A stretch of 64,000 nucleotides of DNA from Escherichia phage vB_EcoM-fFiEco06, in the sequence record NC_054914.1. One strand, given 5' to 3'. Under the pieces are notes generated by a model. It saw only the letters and a list, made by a program, of their open reading frames with translations, made no database searches and was not told the origin of the DNA. Position numbers and translations under genes: made by a program. Below are positions 10,856-20,704 of the stretch, in pieces. Within the stretch, counting starts at the first letter, position 1, and the number at the start of each line of letters is the position of its first letter.

Positions 10856-11986
10856 TTATGGATAGGTATAGATGATACCAGTTTCTAAAGCAGTTTTATG
10901 AATGATGTATCCATTGCGTGATTCTTGAACATCAACTTCTGGATAGTCTTTCATCATCTTCTGAAGAGTGTAACGATGCAGGTAGTATTTACTGTCTGGA
11001 TCTTCAGTTTTCCAATCTTTACCTTCTTCGGTCATTTTTTGGATTTCATCCATAACCCACCAACCGCACCAGATATAAGCTGAAGTACGATGTGGAAGAG
11101 GATGAACATAAGGCAATTCACCTTCTGGTTCTGGAGCAACTTTATCAGTTACCTGAACTTGACCTTCTGCTGTAATAGTTTTGCTATCGTAATCAGTTGC
11201 AGTAACGACAGCAGTAACTTCAATAGTTTGACTTCCAACAGATGAGGTATCGACAGTATATACGTTAGTTGACCCTTCTACAGGAGAAGAATCTTTCTTC
11301 CATGAGTAAGTAATTTGTGCTTCTTCTGGAGCACCCGTAACATTAGCCGTAAATGTAGCCGAAGCATCTTGCTGAACGTTAATAGAAGGAGGAGTCAATG
11401 TAACCTGTAGATTCATTGTTTTCTTATTAACAGTCAATGATACTTCATTAGAAGTAACTTCCTTTTCATTGTAATTTTCTGCAGTTACTTGCGCTACACA
11501 CTTAACTGTTTTAGCTCCAACTGTGGTAGGAGTATAGTTAAATGTAGTAGTAGTTTCTCCATCGACCAGAGAACCGTCAACATACCACTGATACGTAGCA
11601 GACGCTCCTGGTGGCTGTGAATCCAAGGCAGCAGTAAATTGAACTGGGGTTCCAATTACTCCGGCAGCAGGATTAGCAGGAGTTACGGCTAAGGTGGTCG
11701 TTTGTGTCTTATTTTGAACTGTGATAGTTGTAGTAGCTTCTGCTGTTTCAGCATCAGTATCTGGAACTGTATTTGTTGCAACTACTTTAATAGTCTTTTG
11801 TCCAGCAGGTCCTTTTAATACATAATCAAAAGTTGCTTCAGCTCCATCTTGTGGAGCATCATCTACAGTCCAAGCATATGTAATAGTTCCGCCTCCAGTT
11901 TCACCACTGGGTGTAGCAGTAAACTGCTTAGTTTCATCAATAACCCCTGTCGGTGTTTTAGGAGTTATATCAACTGTAAAAGTCAT
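10856..11986 (-). CDS. hoc: highly immunogenic outer capsid protein Hoc (Ig-like domain repeats)
   Basis: 376 aa, Thr/Val-rich repeated Ig-like segments; size and position match T4 Hoc. Confidence 0.85.
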   Translation of the reverse strand: MTFTVDITPKTPTGVIDETKQFTATPSGETGGGTITYAWTVDDAPQDGAEATFDYVLKGPAGQKTIKVVATNTVPDTDAETAEATTTITVQNKTQTTTLAVTPANPAAGVIGTPVQFTAALDSQPPGASATYQWYVDGSLVDGETTTTFNYTPTTVGAKTVKCVAQVTAENYNEKEVTSNEVSLTVNKKTMNLQVTLTPPSINVQQDASATFTANVTGAPEEAQITYSWKKDSSPVEGSTNVYTVDTSSVGSQTIEVTAVVTATDYDSKTITAEGQVQVTDKVAPEPEGELPYVHPLPHRTSAYIWCGWWVMDEIQKMTEEGKDWKTEDPDSKYYLHRYTLQKMMKDYPEVDVQESRNGYIIHKTALETGIIYTYP

Positions 11987-11995
11987 AAGTTATCC

Positions 11996-12676
11996 TTATT
12001 TTAATGTTACGAAAGAAGAGTTGCGTGTTTCACGAATTAAAACTGATCCGTCACGGTTAATGTAATAAATTAAGCTAAATAAAGTTTGGTGTGCTGACGC
12101 ATGTTCAAAACTAGTTGGGTGAGATTTCCAATCAGGAGTTTCAGCAATCCATTGATAAATCCACCAAGGAACAGTACAGAATCCTGGATTTTTTCCAATC
12201 AACTGAAGATTCGGGCTAAAGTTTTCCGGAAGAGTAAATACAGACGGCTTTTCAGATTCAATAATCTCAGCTACAGCCTGTTCAAATTTTTCTTCAACAA
12301 ATGGAGTATCTTCAATCAAAACATCGGTATTTTCAGGAATTTTATCTGTTTCTACTACTTCAATTTTAATGTCAGATTTAACCGGAGAATCAATCAAAAG
12401 TGCTGCTTCTGGATTGACTTCTTCATCGTCATATTTTAACCCCTCTGCAGCATCAGCAGCATCAATTAAGTCTTTAATAGATAACCCATCAGTCTCCGGC
12501 ATAGGTTCACTAGCGAGCTTCTGGAGGGCTTCTTCAATATCAACAACGATATTATCAAAAGATTTATTCTTTTTGACCTTTATACCAAACTGTTCAGCAT
12601 ATTCAGCTAATTTAGCTTTAGCTTCTTTGTTATCATCAAGAGCCTTCAGCTCTGCAATATAATCTTTATCTATCAT
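11996..12676 (-). CDS. inh: inhibitor of prohead protease (Inh)
   Basis: 226 aa; position between hoc and uvsW. Confidence 0.75.
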   Translation of the reverse strand: MIDKDYIAELKALDDNKEAKAKLAEYAEQFGIKVKKNKSFDNIVVDIEEALQKLASEPMPETDGLSIKDLIDAADAAEGLKYDDEEVNPEAALLIDSPVKSDIKIEVVETDKIPENTDVLIEDTPFVEEKFEQAVAEIIESEKPSVFTLPENFSPNLQLIGKNPGFCTVPWWIYQWIAETPDWKSHPTSFEHASAHQTLFSLIYYINRDGSVLIRETRNSSFVTLK

Positions 12677-12689
12677 AATATTTCCTCAG

Positions 12690-12697
12690 TATAAATA
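12690..12697 (+). promoter_or_regulatory. late promoter TATAAATA for uvsW
   Basis: Exact match ~30 nt upstream of ATG 12727. Confidence 0.65.
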
Positions 12698-12726
12698 TAG
12701 ATATATTTATTACATGGTATTTAGAC

Positions 12727-14238
12727 ATGACTGACATTAAAGTACATTTTTATGATTTTAGTCACGTGAGAATTGATTGTGAAGAAAGTACATTTCATGA
12801 ACTCCGTGATTTCTTTAGCTTTGAAGCTGATGGGTATCGTTTTAATCCGAAGTACAAATATGGCCACTGGGATGGACGAATTCGTCTTTTAGATTATAAT
12901 CGCCTTCTTCCATTCGGTTTAGTCGGGCAAATTAAAAAGTTCTGCGATAACTTTGGCTATAAAGCCTGGATTGACCCACAGATTAACGAAAAAGAAGAAT
13001 TATCAAGAAAAGATTTTGATGAATGGCTTTCTAAATTAGAAATCTATTCAGGAAATAAAAGAATTGAACCGCATTGGTATCAAAAAGATGCAGTGTTCGA
13101 AGGATTAGTTAATCGTCGTAGAATTCTTAATCTTCCAACATCCGCAGGTAAATCTTTAATTCAAGCTTTGCTTGCTCGGTATTATTTGGAAAATTATGAA
13201 GGCAAAATTCTTATTATTGTTCCAACAACTGCTCTGACAACTCAGATGGCTGATGACTTTGTTGACTATCGTTTATTCAGTCATGCAATGATAAAGAAAA
13301 TCGGTGGTGGAGCATCAAAAGATGATAAATATAAAAATGATGCACCGGTCGTTGTTGGTACATGGCAAACTGTAGTAAAACAACCGAAAGAATGGTTCTC
13401 ACAGTTTGGAATGATGATGAATGATGAATGTCATCTTGCTACAGGAAAAAGTATTTCATCTATCATATCAGGTTTAAATAACTGCATGTTCAAATTCGGT
13501 TTGTCTGGTTCATTACGTGATGGCAAAGCCAATATCATGCAGTATGTTGGAATGTTCGGTGAAATATTTAAGCCAGTAACGACTTCTAAGTTAATGGAAG
13601 ATGGACAAGTAACTGAGCTAAAAATTAATAGTATTTTTCTTCGCTATCCCGATGAGTTCACTACTAAATTAAAGGGAAAAACTTATCAAGAAGAAATAAA
13701 AATTATTACGGGGCTTAGTAAAAGAAATAAATGGATCGCTAAATTGGCTATTAAGCTTGCACAAAAAGATGAAAACGCTTTTGTCATGTTTAAACATGTA
13801 TCGCATGGTAAAGCTATTTTCGATTTAATTAAAAATGAATACGATAAAGTTTATTACGTATCAGGGGAAGTTGATACCGAAACCCGCAATATAATGAAAA
13901 CCTTAGCTGAAAATGGTAAAGGAATAATTATAGTAGCTAGTTATGGTGTATTTTCTACTGGTATTTCAGTTAAAAATCTGCATCACGTTGTTTTAGCGCA
14001 CGGTGTTAAATCAAAAATCATTGTATTACAAACAATCGGTCGTGTATTACGTAAGCATGGTTCTAAGACAATAGCAACCGTCTGGGACCTCATAGATGAT
14101 TGTGGCGTTAAGCCAAAATCTGCTAATACGAAAAAGAAATACGTTCATTTGAACTATCTTTTAAAACACGGCATTGATCGTATTCAGCGCTACGCAGATG
14201 AAAAATTTAATTACGTAATGAAAACAGTTAATTTATAA
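12727..14238 (+). CDS. uvsW: UvsW SF2 DNA/RNA helicase (503 aa)
   Basis: Walker A LPTSAGKS, DEAH-like MNDECH; length matches T4 UvsW. Confidence 0.9.
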   Translation: MTDIKVHFYDFSHVRIDCEESTFHELRDFFSFEADGYRFNPKYKYGHWDGRIRLLDYNRLLPFGLVGQIKKFCDNFGYKAWIDPQINEKEELSRKDFDEWLSKLEIYSGNKRIEPHWYQKDAVFEGLVNRRRILNLPTSAGKSLIQALLARYYLENYEGKILIIVPTTALTTQMADDFVDYRLFSHAMIKKIGGGASKDDKYKNDAPVVVGTWQTVVKQPKEWFSQFGMMMNDECHLATGKSISSIISGLNNCMFKFGLSGSLRDGKANIMQYVGMFGEIFKPVTTSKLMEDGQVTELKINSIFLRYPDEFTTKLKGKTYQEEIKIITGLSKRNKWIAKLAIKLAQKDENAFVMFKHVSHGKAIFDLIKNEYDKVYYVSGEVDTETRNIMKTLAENGKGIIIVASYGVFSTGISVKNLHHVVLAHGVKSKIIVLQTIGRVLRKHGSKTIATVWDLIDDCGVKPKSANTKKKYVHLNYLLKHGIDRIQRYADEKFNYVMKTVNL

Positions 14239-14250
14239 GGGCTTCGGCCC
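14239..14250 (+). terminator. GGGC-UUCG-GCCC hairpin + UUU directly after uvsW stop
   Basis: Read directly; the downstream GGAG RBS follows the hairpin. Confidence 0.55.
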
Positions 14251-14263
14251 TTTGGAGAAAAAG

Positions 14264-14494
14264 ATGTTACTAGAATTTAAACAATTTCTTTATGAAGCTT
14301 CTATTGATGAATTTATGGGTAAAATTGCCTCTTGTCAAACATTAGAAGGTTTAGAAGAACTTGAAGCTTATTATAAGAAAAGAGTTAAAGAAACTGAATT
14401 AAAAGATACTGATGACATCTCAGTCAGAGATGCTTTGGCAGGAAAAAGAGCTGAATTAGAAGATTCAGACGATGAAGTAGAAGAAAGCTTTTAA
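14264..14494 (+). CDS. uvsW.1: UvsW.1 small acidic protein (76 aa; start ATG 14264 after GGAG)
   Basis: Size matches T4 UvsW.1; RBS spacing 6 nt. Confidence 0.7.
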   Translation: MLLEFKQFLYEASIDEFMGKIASCQTLEGLEELEAYYKKRVKETELKDTDDISVRDALAGKRAELEDSDDEVEESF

Positions 14495-14549
14495 ATTAAA
14501 AAAGGCCCAACCAAAAAGGAAGGGCCAAAACTATAGACTAAAGGTCACA

Positions 14550-14717
14550 CTATAGCAAAAGTTGCGTTTCATTTAATTGTTCTTCCGAACTTTCTGAAAC
14601 TGGTAGTTCTTTAATGTAATTATAGCAAGGCCCAGGATGTACAGGACCTTTGTCTGTTTCAACAACCAATGCAGAATCGATTGGAGTTTTACAGACAACA
14701 CAAATCTTATCTGACAT
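14550..14717 (-). CDS. small Cys-containing protein, 55 aa (position of T4 uvsY.-2); missing from the ORF track because <60 aa
   Basis: Hand translation MSDKICVVCKTPIDSALVVETDKGPVHPGPCYNYIKELPVSESSEEQLNETQLLL; GAGGAG RBS and late promoter upstream. Confidence 0.55.
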   Translation of the reverse strand: MSDKICVVCKTPIDSALVVETDKGPVHPGPCYNYIKELPVSESSEEQLNETQLLL

Positions 14718-14742
14718 GATTGTCTCCTCTGAATTATATATC

Positions 14743-14750
14743 TATTTATA
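14743..14750 (-). promoter_or_regulatory. late promoter TATAAATA (minus strand) upstream of the 55-aa ORF
   Basis: Exact TATTTATA on plus strand, 25 nt from ATG 14717. Confidence 0.5.
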
Positions 14751-14970
14751 CAACTCTCATATGCATATCAATGCCCATATCTTTAGAATAAAAATATTCA
14801 TCAAGATATCCGGCAAATTTTCCTTTAATATAAAGAACATCTTCACCGCACGGGTGGTCGGCCAGGATACGAATATCCTGACGCTTGAGATTATACTTTT
14901 TCATTAAGAATTGAATTTCCGTTTCGAATTCTTCTTCATAATTAAAAGCATCATCAATGCTATATCTCAT
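14746..14970 (-). CDS. hypothetical protein (position of T4 uvsY.-1), 74 aa
   Basis: ORF start overlaps uvsY stop (ATGA-type coupling). Confidence 0.6.
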   Translation of the reverse strand: MRYSIDDAFNYEEEFETEIQFLMKKYNLKRQDIRILADHPCGEDVLYIKGKFAGYLDEYFYSKDMGIDMHMRVV

Positions 14971-15383
14971 TATTTTCCAGCCTCAAATGCTCGCATGTCT
15001 TGAATATGCTTAATAGCAAATCCACGTGATTTAATAGCATCAAGAGCTCCGCTACAGAAATCTAATAAAATCCCCCAATACTGTAACGAGGTATCAACCT
15101 TTAAAACATCCTTATCAGCTGATAGAACTGTCTTCATTTCTGATTTCTCGTAACGATCCATACTAAATTCATCACCATCTCCTCGTCCCGAGTAGTAGTC
15201 TAATTTAGCTTTAAGAGCAACTTTTTTCTGTGCATCAATTCTAAGCATTTCCTTTTTAATACTTGAATGCTTATTAAGCCATTTACTATATAACATCACA
15301 TTATTAGCTGCTTCATACTGTAATTTAGTCGAATCTATAAATACATCTTTCTTCAATTCTTCTTGAAGATCTTCTAATCTCAT
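14970..15383 (-). CDS. uvsY: recombination mediator UvsY (137 aa)
   Basis: Sequence recognisable as T4 UvsY (MRLEDLQEELKKDVFIDSTKLQYEAANN...). Confidence 0.93.
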   Translation of the reverse strand: MRLEDLQEELKKDVFIDSTKLQYEAANNVMLYSKWLNKHSSIKKEMLRIDAQKKVALKAKLDYYSGRGDGDEFSMDRYEKSEMKTVLSADKDVLKVDTSLQYWGILLDFCSGALDAIKSRGFAIKHIQDMRAFEAGK

Positions 15384-15423
15384 ATTGTTCTCTATTCAAT
15401 TGTTATTGGATGGACTTAGATTC

Positions 15424-15452
15424 ATTATACCACGTTTATACGTGAAGCATTA
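15424..15452 (-). promoter_or_regulatory. MotA-dependent middle promoter for uvsY: MotA box TAATGCTTCA (15452-15443), 13-nt spacer, -10 TATAAT (15429-15424)
   Basis: Perfect match to (a/t)3TGCTT(t/c)A with correctly spaced TATAAT, read on minus strand. Confidence 0.7.
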
Positions 15453-15848
15453 TACTCTATTACTGGAAGCCAGTTGTAGTTTTATCTGCTCAATATCATC
15501 AGGGTTATCGATGACTGAAAAGCGTATTTCTACTATCAAAGTATAATCATCATAAACCGGTATTACATTAACTGCTAATTTATCAATACGTGGCTCATAG
15601 TTTCTTACTGCGCTTTCGATATTACGCTCAACCGTGTCAGCAGTAAGAGGAGTCATATTCTCAAAAAGTTGGTCAGATAAATCGCATCCAAATTCAGGGT
15701 CAAACGGTCTTGAACCTTTTCTTGTTGTAATAATTCCTAAAAGACTATTTTTAATTGACCTTAATCCAAGTGATCTTGAAACGTCTTTGTTCCAATCCAT
15801 TTTCATCTCTGGGTCAATATCAGAATAAAGCTTATTAATATTTGCCAT
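15450..15848 (-). CDS. 25: baseplate wedge protein gp25 (132 aa)
   Basis: Length and position match T4 gp25. Confidence 0.9.
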   Translation of the reverse strand: MANINKLYSDIDPEMKMDWNKDVSRSLGLRSIKNSLLGIITTRKGSRPFDPEFGCDLSDQLFENMTPLTADTVERNIESAVRNYEPRIDKLAVNVIPVYDDYTLIVEIRFSVIDNPDDIEQIKLQLASSNRV

Positions 15849-16474
15849 TACAATAGCTCAAAGAATTCTTTGAGTCCTCTTATTACATGAGCGTGAGTTT
15901 TTCCACACTCTGGACATTTAATTGGAACAGCCAAATAAACAGTAGGCTTTAAAAGCATATCTTTTATAGCTACAATATCTGACTCTGCGATGATAGAATA
16001 TAAATCTTCCAGTTCTTTTTCATTTAAGTCTTCAACTGGAATGCTTTCACCGTTAGCATGAATCGTTTCTATACATGATACTATCATGTGGGCTATATTT
16101 TTATCATCAAAAATTTTAGGGTAATGGAATTTAATTTTAATGTCACCCAGTGTATACCAGAGGTCTTCTGGTGCATCTATTTGTGTATGTAATAGATTTA
16201 TATGGGTTGGTATTTCAGTTCCACAGGTGCACTTCCAGGAGTTTTCGTGATTAACTTCTCCAAGAGAATGCGCCCATAAATGAATCAGTAATAGTTCTGA
16301 TTCTTGGCGGTTTAAATCTTTTGCATTTGTACAGTCTTTGATTAGCTTTTTAACAATCTCTTCTACTGAACCATTCTTTTTAGCAGTAATAAGTTCTAGA
16401 TATTCTTTAAGAGTAAATGCGCGACAGTTGATTATTTTAGAACCAACTCTCACATCAAATTTGTATTCATACAT
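15848..16474 (-). CDS. 26: baseplate hub protein gp26 (208 aa)
   Basis: Length/position; divergent from gene 51. Confidence 0.85.
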   Translation of the reverse strand: MYEYKFDVRVGSKIINCRAFTLKEYLELITAKKNGSVEEIVKKLIKDCTNAKDLNRQESELLLIHLWAHSLGEVNHENSWKCTCGTEIPTHINLLHTQIDAPEDLWYTLGDIKIKFHYPKIFDDKNIAHMIVSCIETIHANGESIPVEDLNEKELEDLYSIIAESDIVAIKDMLLKPTVYLAVPIKCPECGKTHAHVIRGLKEFFELL

Positions 16475-16495
16475 ATTTAGCTCCTTTATTTATCA

Positions 16496-16503
16496 TATTT
16501 ATA
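16496..16503 (-). promoter_or_regulatory. late promoter TATAAATA for gene 26 (minus strand), overlapping the divergent gene 51 promoter
   Basis: Plus-strand TATTTATAAATA contains both orientations. Confidence 0.6.
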
Positions 16504-16507
16504 AATA
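16500..16507 (+). promoter_or_regulatory. late promoter TATAAATA for gene 51
   Basis: Exact match 18 nt upstream of AGGAG-ATG 16525. Confidence 0.65.
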
Positions 16508-16524
16508 GAATAAAAGGAGCATCT

Positions 16525-17277
16525 ATGGCAAACATTATTCGTTGTAAATTACCAGATGGTGTTCATCGTTTTAAACCATTTACGGTAGAAGATTATCGAG
16601 ATTTTTTGTTAGTTCGAAACGATATAGAACATCGGTCACCACAAGAACAAAAAGAAGTAATTGCTGATTTAATTGCTGATTATTTTGGAGACTATCCAAA
16701 GACTTGGCAACCATTTATATTTTTGCAGGTATTTGTAGGTTCAATAGGTAAAACTAAAGTACCGGTCACATTTGTATGTCCAAAATGTAAAAAAGAAAAG
16801 ACAGTTCCATTTGAAATATATCAAAAAGAATTAAAGGAACCTGTTTTTGATGTAGCTAATGTTAAAATTAAATTAAAGTTTCCTTCTGAGTTTTATGAAA
16901 ATAAAGCAAAGATGATTACTGAAAATATTCATTCTGTTCAAGTAGATGAAATATGGTATGATTGGAAGGAAATTAGCGAGTCCAGTCAAATAGAACTAGT
17001 TGACGCCATCGAGATAGAAACATTAGAAAAAATTCTCGATGCAATGAATCCTATTAATTTAACATTGCACATGTCGTGTTGTGATAAGTACATTAAAAAA
17101 TACACTGATATAGTAGATGTGTTTAAGCTATTAGTTAATCCAGATGAGATATTTACTTTTTATCAAATTAATCACACGCTTGTAAAAAGTAATTATAGCT
17201 TAAATTCAATAATGAAAATGATTCCTGCCGAGCGCGGATTCGTATTAAAACTGATTGAGAAGGATAAACATCAATGA
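16525..17277 (+). CDS. 51: baseplate hub assembly catalyst gp51
   Basis: 250 aa; position between 26 and 27. Confidence 0.8.
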   Translation: MANIIRCKLPDGVHRFKPFTVEDYRDFLLVRNDIEHRSPQEQKEVIADLIADYFGDYPKTWQPFIFLQVFVGSIGKTKVPVTFVCPKCKKEKTVPFEIYQKELKEPVFDVANVKIKLKFPSEFYENKAKMITENIHSVQVDEIWYDWKEISESSQIELVDAIEIETLEKILDAMNPINLTLHMSCCDKYIKKYTDIVDVFKLLVNPDEIFTFYQINHTLVKSNYSLNSIMKMIPAERGFVLKLIEKDKHQ

Positions 17278-18446
17278 GTATGTTACAACGTCCTGGATAT
17301 CCAAATCTCAGCGTTAAATTATTTGAGAGTTATGACGCTTGGAGTAATAATAGATTTGTTGAATTAGCTGCTACTATTACCACATTAACTATGCGTGACT
17401 CTCTTTATGGTCGAAATGAAGGAATGCTACAATTTTATGATTCTAAAAACATCCATACAAAAATGGATGGAAATGAAATAATTCAGATTTCTGTAGCTAA
17501 TGCAAATGATATTAATAATGTTAAAACACGAATTTATGGATGTAAGCATTTTTCCGTGTCAGTAGATTCAAAAGGCGATAACATCATTGCTATTGAATTG
17601 GGAACTATTCATTCTATAGAAAATCTTAAATTTGGTAGACCATTTTTCCCTGATGCCGGTGAATCTATAAAAGAAATGCTTGGTGTCATTTATCAAGACC
17701 GTACATTATTAACTCCAGCAATAAATGCTATAAATGCTTATGTTCCTGATATTCCATGGACTAGCACATTTGAAAACTATTTGTCATATGTCAGAGAAGT
17801 TGCTCTAGCTGTAGGAAGTGACAAATTTGTATTTGTATGGCAAGACATCATGGGAGTTAACATGATGGACTATGATATGATGATAAATCAAGAACCATAT
17901 CCAATGATTGTAGGTGAGCCAACTTTAATAGGTCAATTCGTCCAAGAATTGAAATATCCATTAGCATATGATTTTGTTTGGTTGACTAAATCAAACCCGC
18001 ATAAACGTGATCCAATGAAAAATGCTACTATCTATGCTCATTCGTTTTTAGATTCTTCACTGCCAATGATTACTACAGGAAAGGGTGAAAACTCTATTGT
18101 AGTGTCAAGGTCAGGTGCTTATTCTGAAATGACTTATAGAAATGGCTATGAAGAAGCTATTCGTCTTCAAACTATGGCGCAATATGATGGCTATGCTAAA
18201 TGTTCTACTGTCGGTAATTTTAACTTGACTCCTGGTGTTAAAATTATTTTTAATGATAGTAAAAACCAATTTAAAACAGAATTTTACGTTGATGAAGTTA
18301 TCCATGAATTATCAAATAATAATTCAGTAACTCATCTATATATGTTCACTAATGCGACGAAACTGGAAACAATAGACCCAGTTAAGGTTAAAAATGAATT
18401 TAAATCTGATACTACCACTGAAGAAAGTAGTTCTTCCAATAAGTAA
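17274..18446 (+). CDS. 27: baseplate hub protein gp27
   Basis: 390 aa; ATGA overlap with gene 51. Confidence 0.85.
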   Translation: MSMLQRPGYPNLSVKLFESYDAWSNNRFVELAATITTLTMRDSLYGRNEGMLQFYDSKNIHTKMDGNEIIQISVANANDINNVKTRIYGCKHFSVSVDSKGDNIIAIELGTIHSIENLKFGRPFFPDAGESIKEMLGVIYQDRTLLTPAINAINAYVPDIPWTSTFENYLSYVREVALAVGSDKFVFVWQDIMGVNMMDYDMMINQEPYPMIVGEPTLIGQFVQELKYPLAYDFVWLTKSNPHKRDPMKNATIYAHSFLDSSLPMITTGKGENSIVVSRSGAYSEMTYRNGYEEAIRLQTMAQYDGYAKCSTVGNFNLTPGVKIIFNDSKNQFKTEFYVDEVIHELSNNNSVTHLYMFTNATKLETIDPVKVKNEFKSDTTTEESSSSNK

Positions 18447-18927
18447 TAAAGAAGTTTCTATTCCTAAGATGGGTCTTAAACATTATAACATTTTAAAAGA
18501 TGTTAAAGGTCCTGATGAAAATTTAAAACTTCTTATTGATTCTATTTGTCCGAATTTATCACCGGCAGAAGTTGATTTCGTTTCCATTCATTTATTGGAA
18601 TTTAATGGAAAGATTAAATCCCGTAAAGAAATAGATGGTTATACTTATGACATTAATGATGTTTATGTGTGCCAAAGATTAGAATTTCAATACCAAGGAA
18701 ATACATTTTATTTTAGACCTCCTGGAAAATTTGAGCAATTTTTGACAGTAAGCGATATGTTATCTAAATGCTTGCTTAAGGTCAATGATGAAGTTAAAGA
18801 AATTAATTTTCTTGAGATGCCAGCATTTGTTTTAAAATGGGCAAATGATATTTCTACAACTTTAGCAATTCCTGGCCCTAATGGTCCAATAACCGGAATT
18901 GGCAATATTATTGGATTATTTGAATGA
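18394..18927 (+). CDS. 28: baseplate hub distal subunit gp28 (177 aa)
   Basis: Length/position; overlaps 3' end of 27. Confidence 0.8.
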   Translation: MNLNLILPLKKVVLPISNKEVSIPKMGLKHYNILKDVKGPDENLKLLIDSICPNLSPAEVDFVSIHLLEFNGKIKSRKEIDGYTYDINDVYVCQRLEFQYQGNTFYFRPPGKFEQFLTVSDMLSKCLLKVNDEVKEINFLEMPAFVLKWANDISTTLAIPGPNGPITGIGNIIGLFE

Positions 18928-20696
18928 AAAAGCCACAAGAAATGCAAACGATGCGTAGAAAAGTTATTTCAGATAATAAACCAACACAGGAAGCGGCTAA
19001 ATCCGCTTCTAATACTTTATCTGGTCTTAATGACATTTCTACAAAATTAGATGATGCTCAAGCTGCCTCTGAATTAATAGCTCAGACTGTTGAAGAAAAA
19101 TCAAATGAAATAGTTGGAGCAATTGATAACGTTGAAAGCGCAGTGAGTGATACTACTGCCGGTTCTGAGTTAATTGCCGAGACTGTTGAAATTGGCAATA
19201 ATATCAATAAAGAAATAGGCGAATCACTCGGAAGCAAATTAGATAAATTAACGAGTTTATTAGAACAAAAAATTCAAACAGCTGGAATTCAACAGACTGG
19301 AACGAGTTTAGCAGTAGTCGAAAATGCTATTCCTGTTAAAGTCGTCGAGGATGATACAGCTGAATCTGTGGGTCCTTTATTACCGGCTCCTGAAGCAGTT
19401 AATAATGATCCTGATGCTGATTTTTTCCCTACTCCTCAGCCAATTGAACCAAAACAAGAGTCTCCAGAAGAGAAGCAAAAAAGAGACGCATTTAACTTAA
19501 AATTATCTCAAGCTTTAGATAAATTAACAAAGACAGTTGATTTCGGATTTAAGAAATCTATTTCAATTACTGATAAAATATCTAGCATGCTATTTAAGTA
19601 TACCGTCAGTGCTGCTATTGAAGCTGCTAAAATGGTTGCATTGATAATGGCTGTTGTTATTGGAATAGACCTGCTGATGGTTCATTTTAAATACTGGTCA
19701 GATAAATTTTCAAAAGCCTGGGATTTATTTAGCACTGATTTTAAAACTTTCTCAAGCGAAACAGGAACTTGGGGCCCTTTATTACAAAGCATCTTTGAAT
19801 CTATTGATGAAATTAAAAAGTTCTGGGAAGCTGGAGATTGGGGCGGATTAACAGTAGCTATTGTTGAAGGGCTTGGAAGTGTTCTTTATAATTTAGGAGA
19901 GCTTATTCAATTAGGTATGGCTAAATTATCTGCAGCAATTCTTCGAGTCATTCCTGGCATGAAGGATACTGCTGATGAAGTAGAAGGAAGAGCATTAGAA
20001 AATTTCCAAAATTCTACTGGAGCATCTCTTAATAAAGAAGACCAAGAAAAAGTAGCAAATTATCAAGATAAACGAATGAATGATGATCTTGGCCCAATAG
20101 CAAAAGGATTAGACAAAATTGCGAACTGGAAAACTCGTGCATCTAACTGGATTCGTGGTGTAGATAATAAAGAAGCATTGACTACTGACGAAGAACGTGC
20201 AGCAGAAGAAGAAAAATTAAAACAACTTTCACCGGAAGAAAGAAAAAATGCTTTAATGAAAGCTAATGAAGCTCGTGCTGCGATGATTCGTTTTGAAAAA
20301 TATGCTGATTCAGCTGATATGAGCAAAGACTCGACAGTTAAATCAATTGAAGCTGCTCATGAAGACCTTAAAAAACGAATGAATGATCCGGATTTAAATA
20401 ATTCACCAGCAGTTAAAAAAGAACTTGCTTCTAGATTTGCTAAAATTGATGCCACTTATCAAGAGCTCAAGAAAAATCAACCTGAAGCAAAACCTGAAAC
20501 TTCTGCTAAATCACCAGAAGCAAAACAGGTCCAGGTGATTGAAAAGAACAAAGCACAACAAGCTCCTGTTCAACAAGCATCTCCTTCAATCAATAATACT
20601 AATAATGTTATTAAGAAAAATACTGTCGTTCATAATATGACACCTGTCACAAGCACAACTGCTCCTGGTGTATTTGGTGCGACGGGAGTTAATTAA
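18924..20696 (+). CDS. 29: tail tape-measure / baseplate hub protein gp29 (590 aa)
   Basis: Length matches T4 gp29; internal hydrophobic segment. Confidence 0.85.
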   Translation: MKKPQEMQTMRRKVISDNKPTQEAAKSASNTLSGLNDISTKLDDAQAASELIAQTVEEKSNEIVGAIDNVESAVSDTTAGSELIAETVEIGNNINKEIGESLGSKLDKLTSLLEQKIQTAGIQQTGTSLAVVENAIPVKVVEDDTAESVGPLLPAPEAVNNDPDADFFPTPQPIEPKQESPEEKQKRDAFNLKLSQALDKLTKTVDFGFKKSISITDKISSMLFKYTVSAAIEAAKMVALIMAVVIGIDLLMVHFKYWSDKFSKAWDLFSTDFKTFSSETGTWGPLLQSIFESIDEIKKFWEAGDWGGLTVAIVEGLGSVLYNLGELIQLGMAKLSAAILRVIPGMKDTADEVEGRALENFQNSTGASLNKEDQEKVANYQDKRMNDDLGPIAKGLDKIANWKTRASNWIRGVDNKEALTTDEERAAEEEKLKQLSPEERKNALMKANEARAAMIRFEKYADSADMSKDSTVKSIEAAHEDLKKRMNDPDLNNSPAVKKELASRFAKIDATYQELKKNQPEAKPETSAKSPEAKQVQVIEKNKAQQAPVQQASPSINNTNNVIKKNTVVHNMTPVTSTTAPGVFGATGVN

Positions 20697-20704
20697 GGAA
20701 TAAT

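Noticed and set aside
10838-10866. TATGAT/ATTATG tandem hexamer repeat at the hoc 3' end
   Set aside because: Three short iterations only; on the coding strand they give consecutive stop codons (TAATCATAATCATAA) ahead of the terminator, so likely just a 3' UTR feature.
12101-12662. Two plus-strand ORFs overlapping inh
   Set aside because: Opposite strand of a conserved gene; translations are low-complexity.
14504-14526. Possible hairpin GGCCC-N13-GGGCC between uvsW.1 and the 55-aa ORF
   Set aside because: Loop too large and stem too short to call a terminator with confidence.
14650-14907. Plus-strand 85-aa ORF
   Set aside because: Overlaps minus-strand genes in the uvsY cluster and the promoter between them; no RBS.
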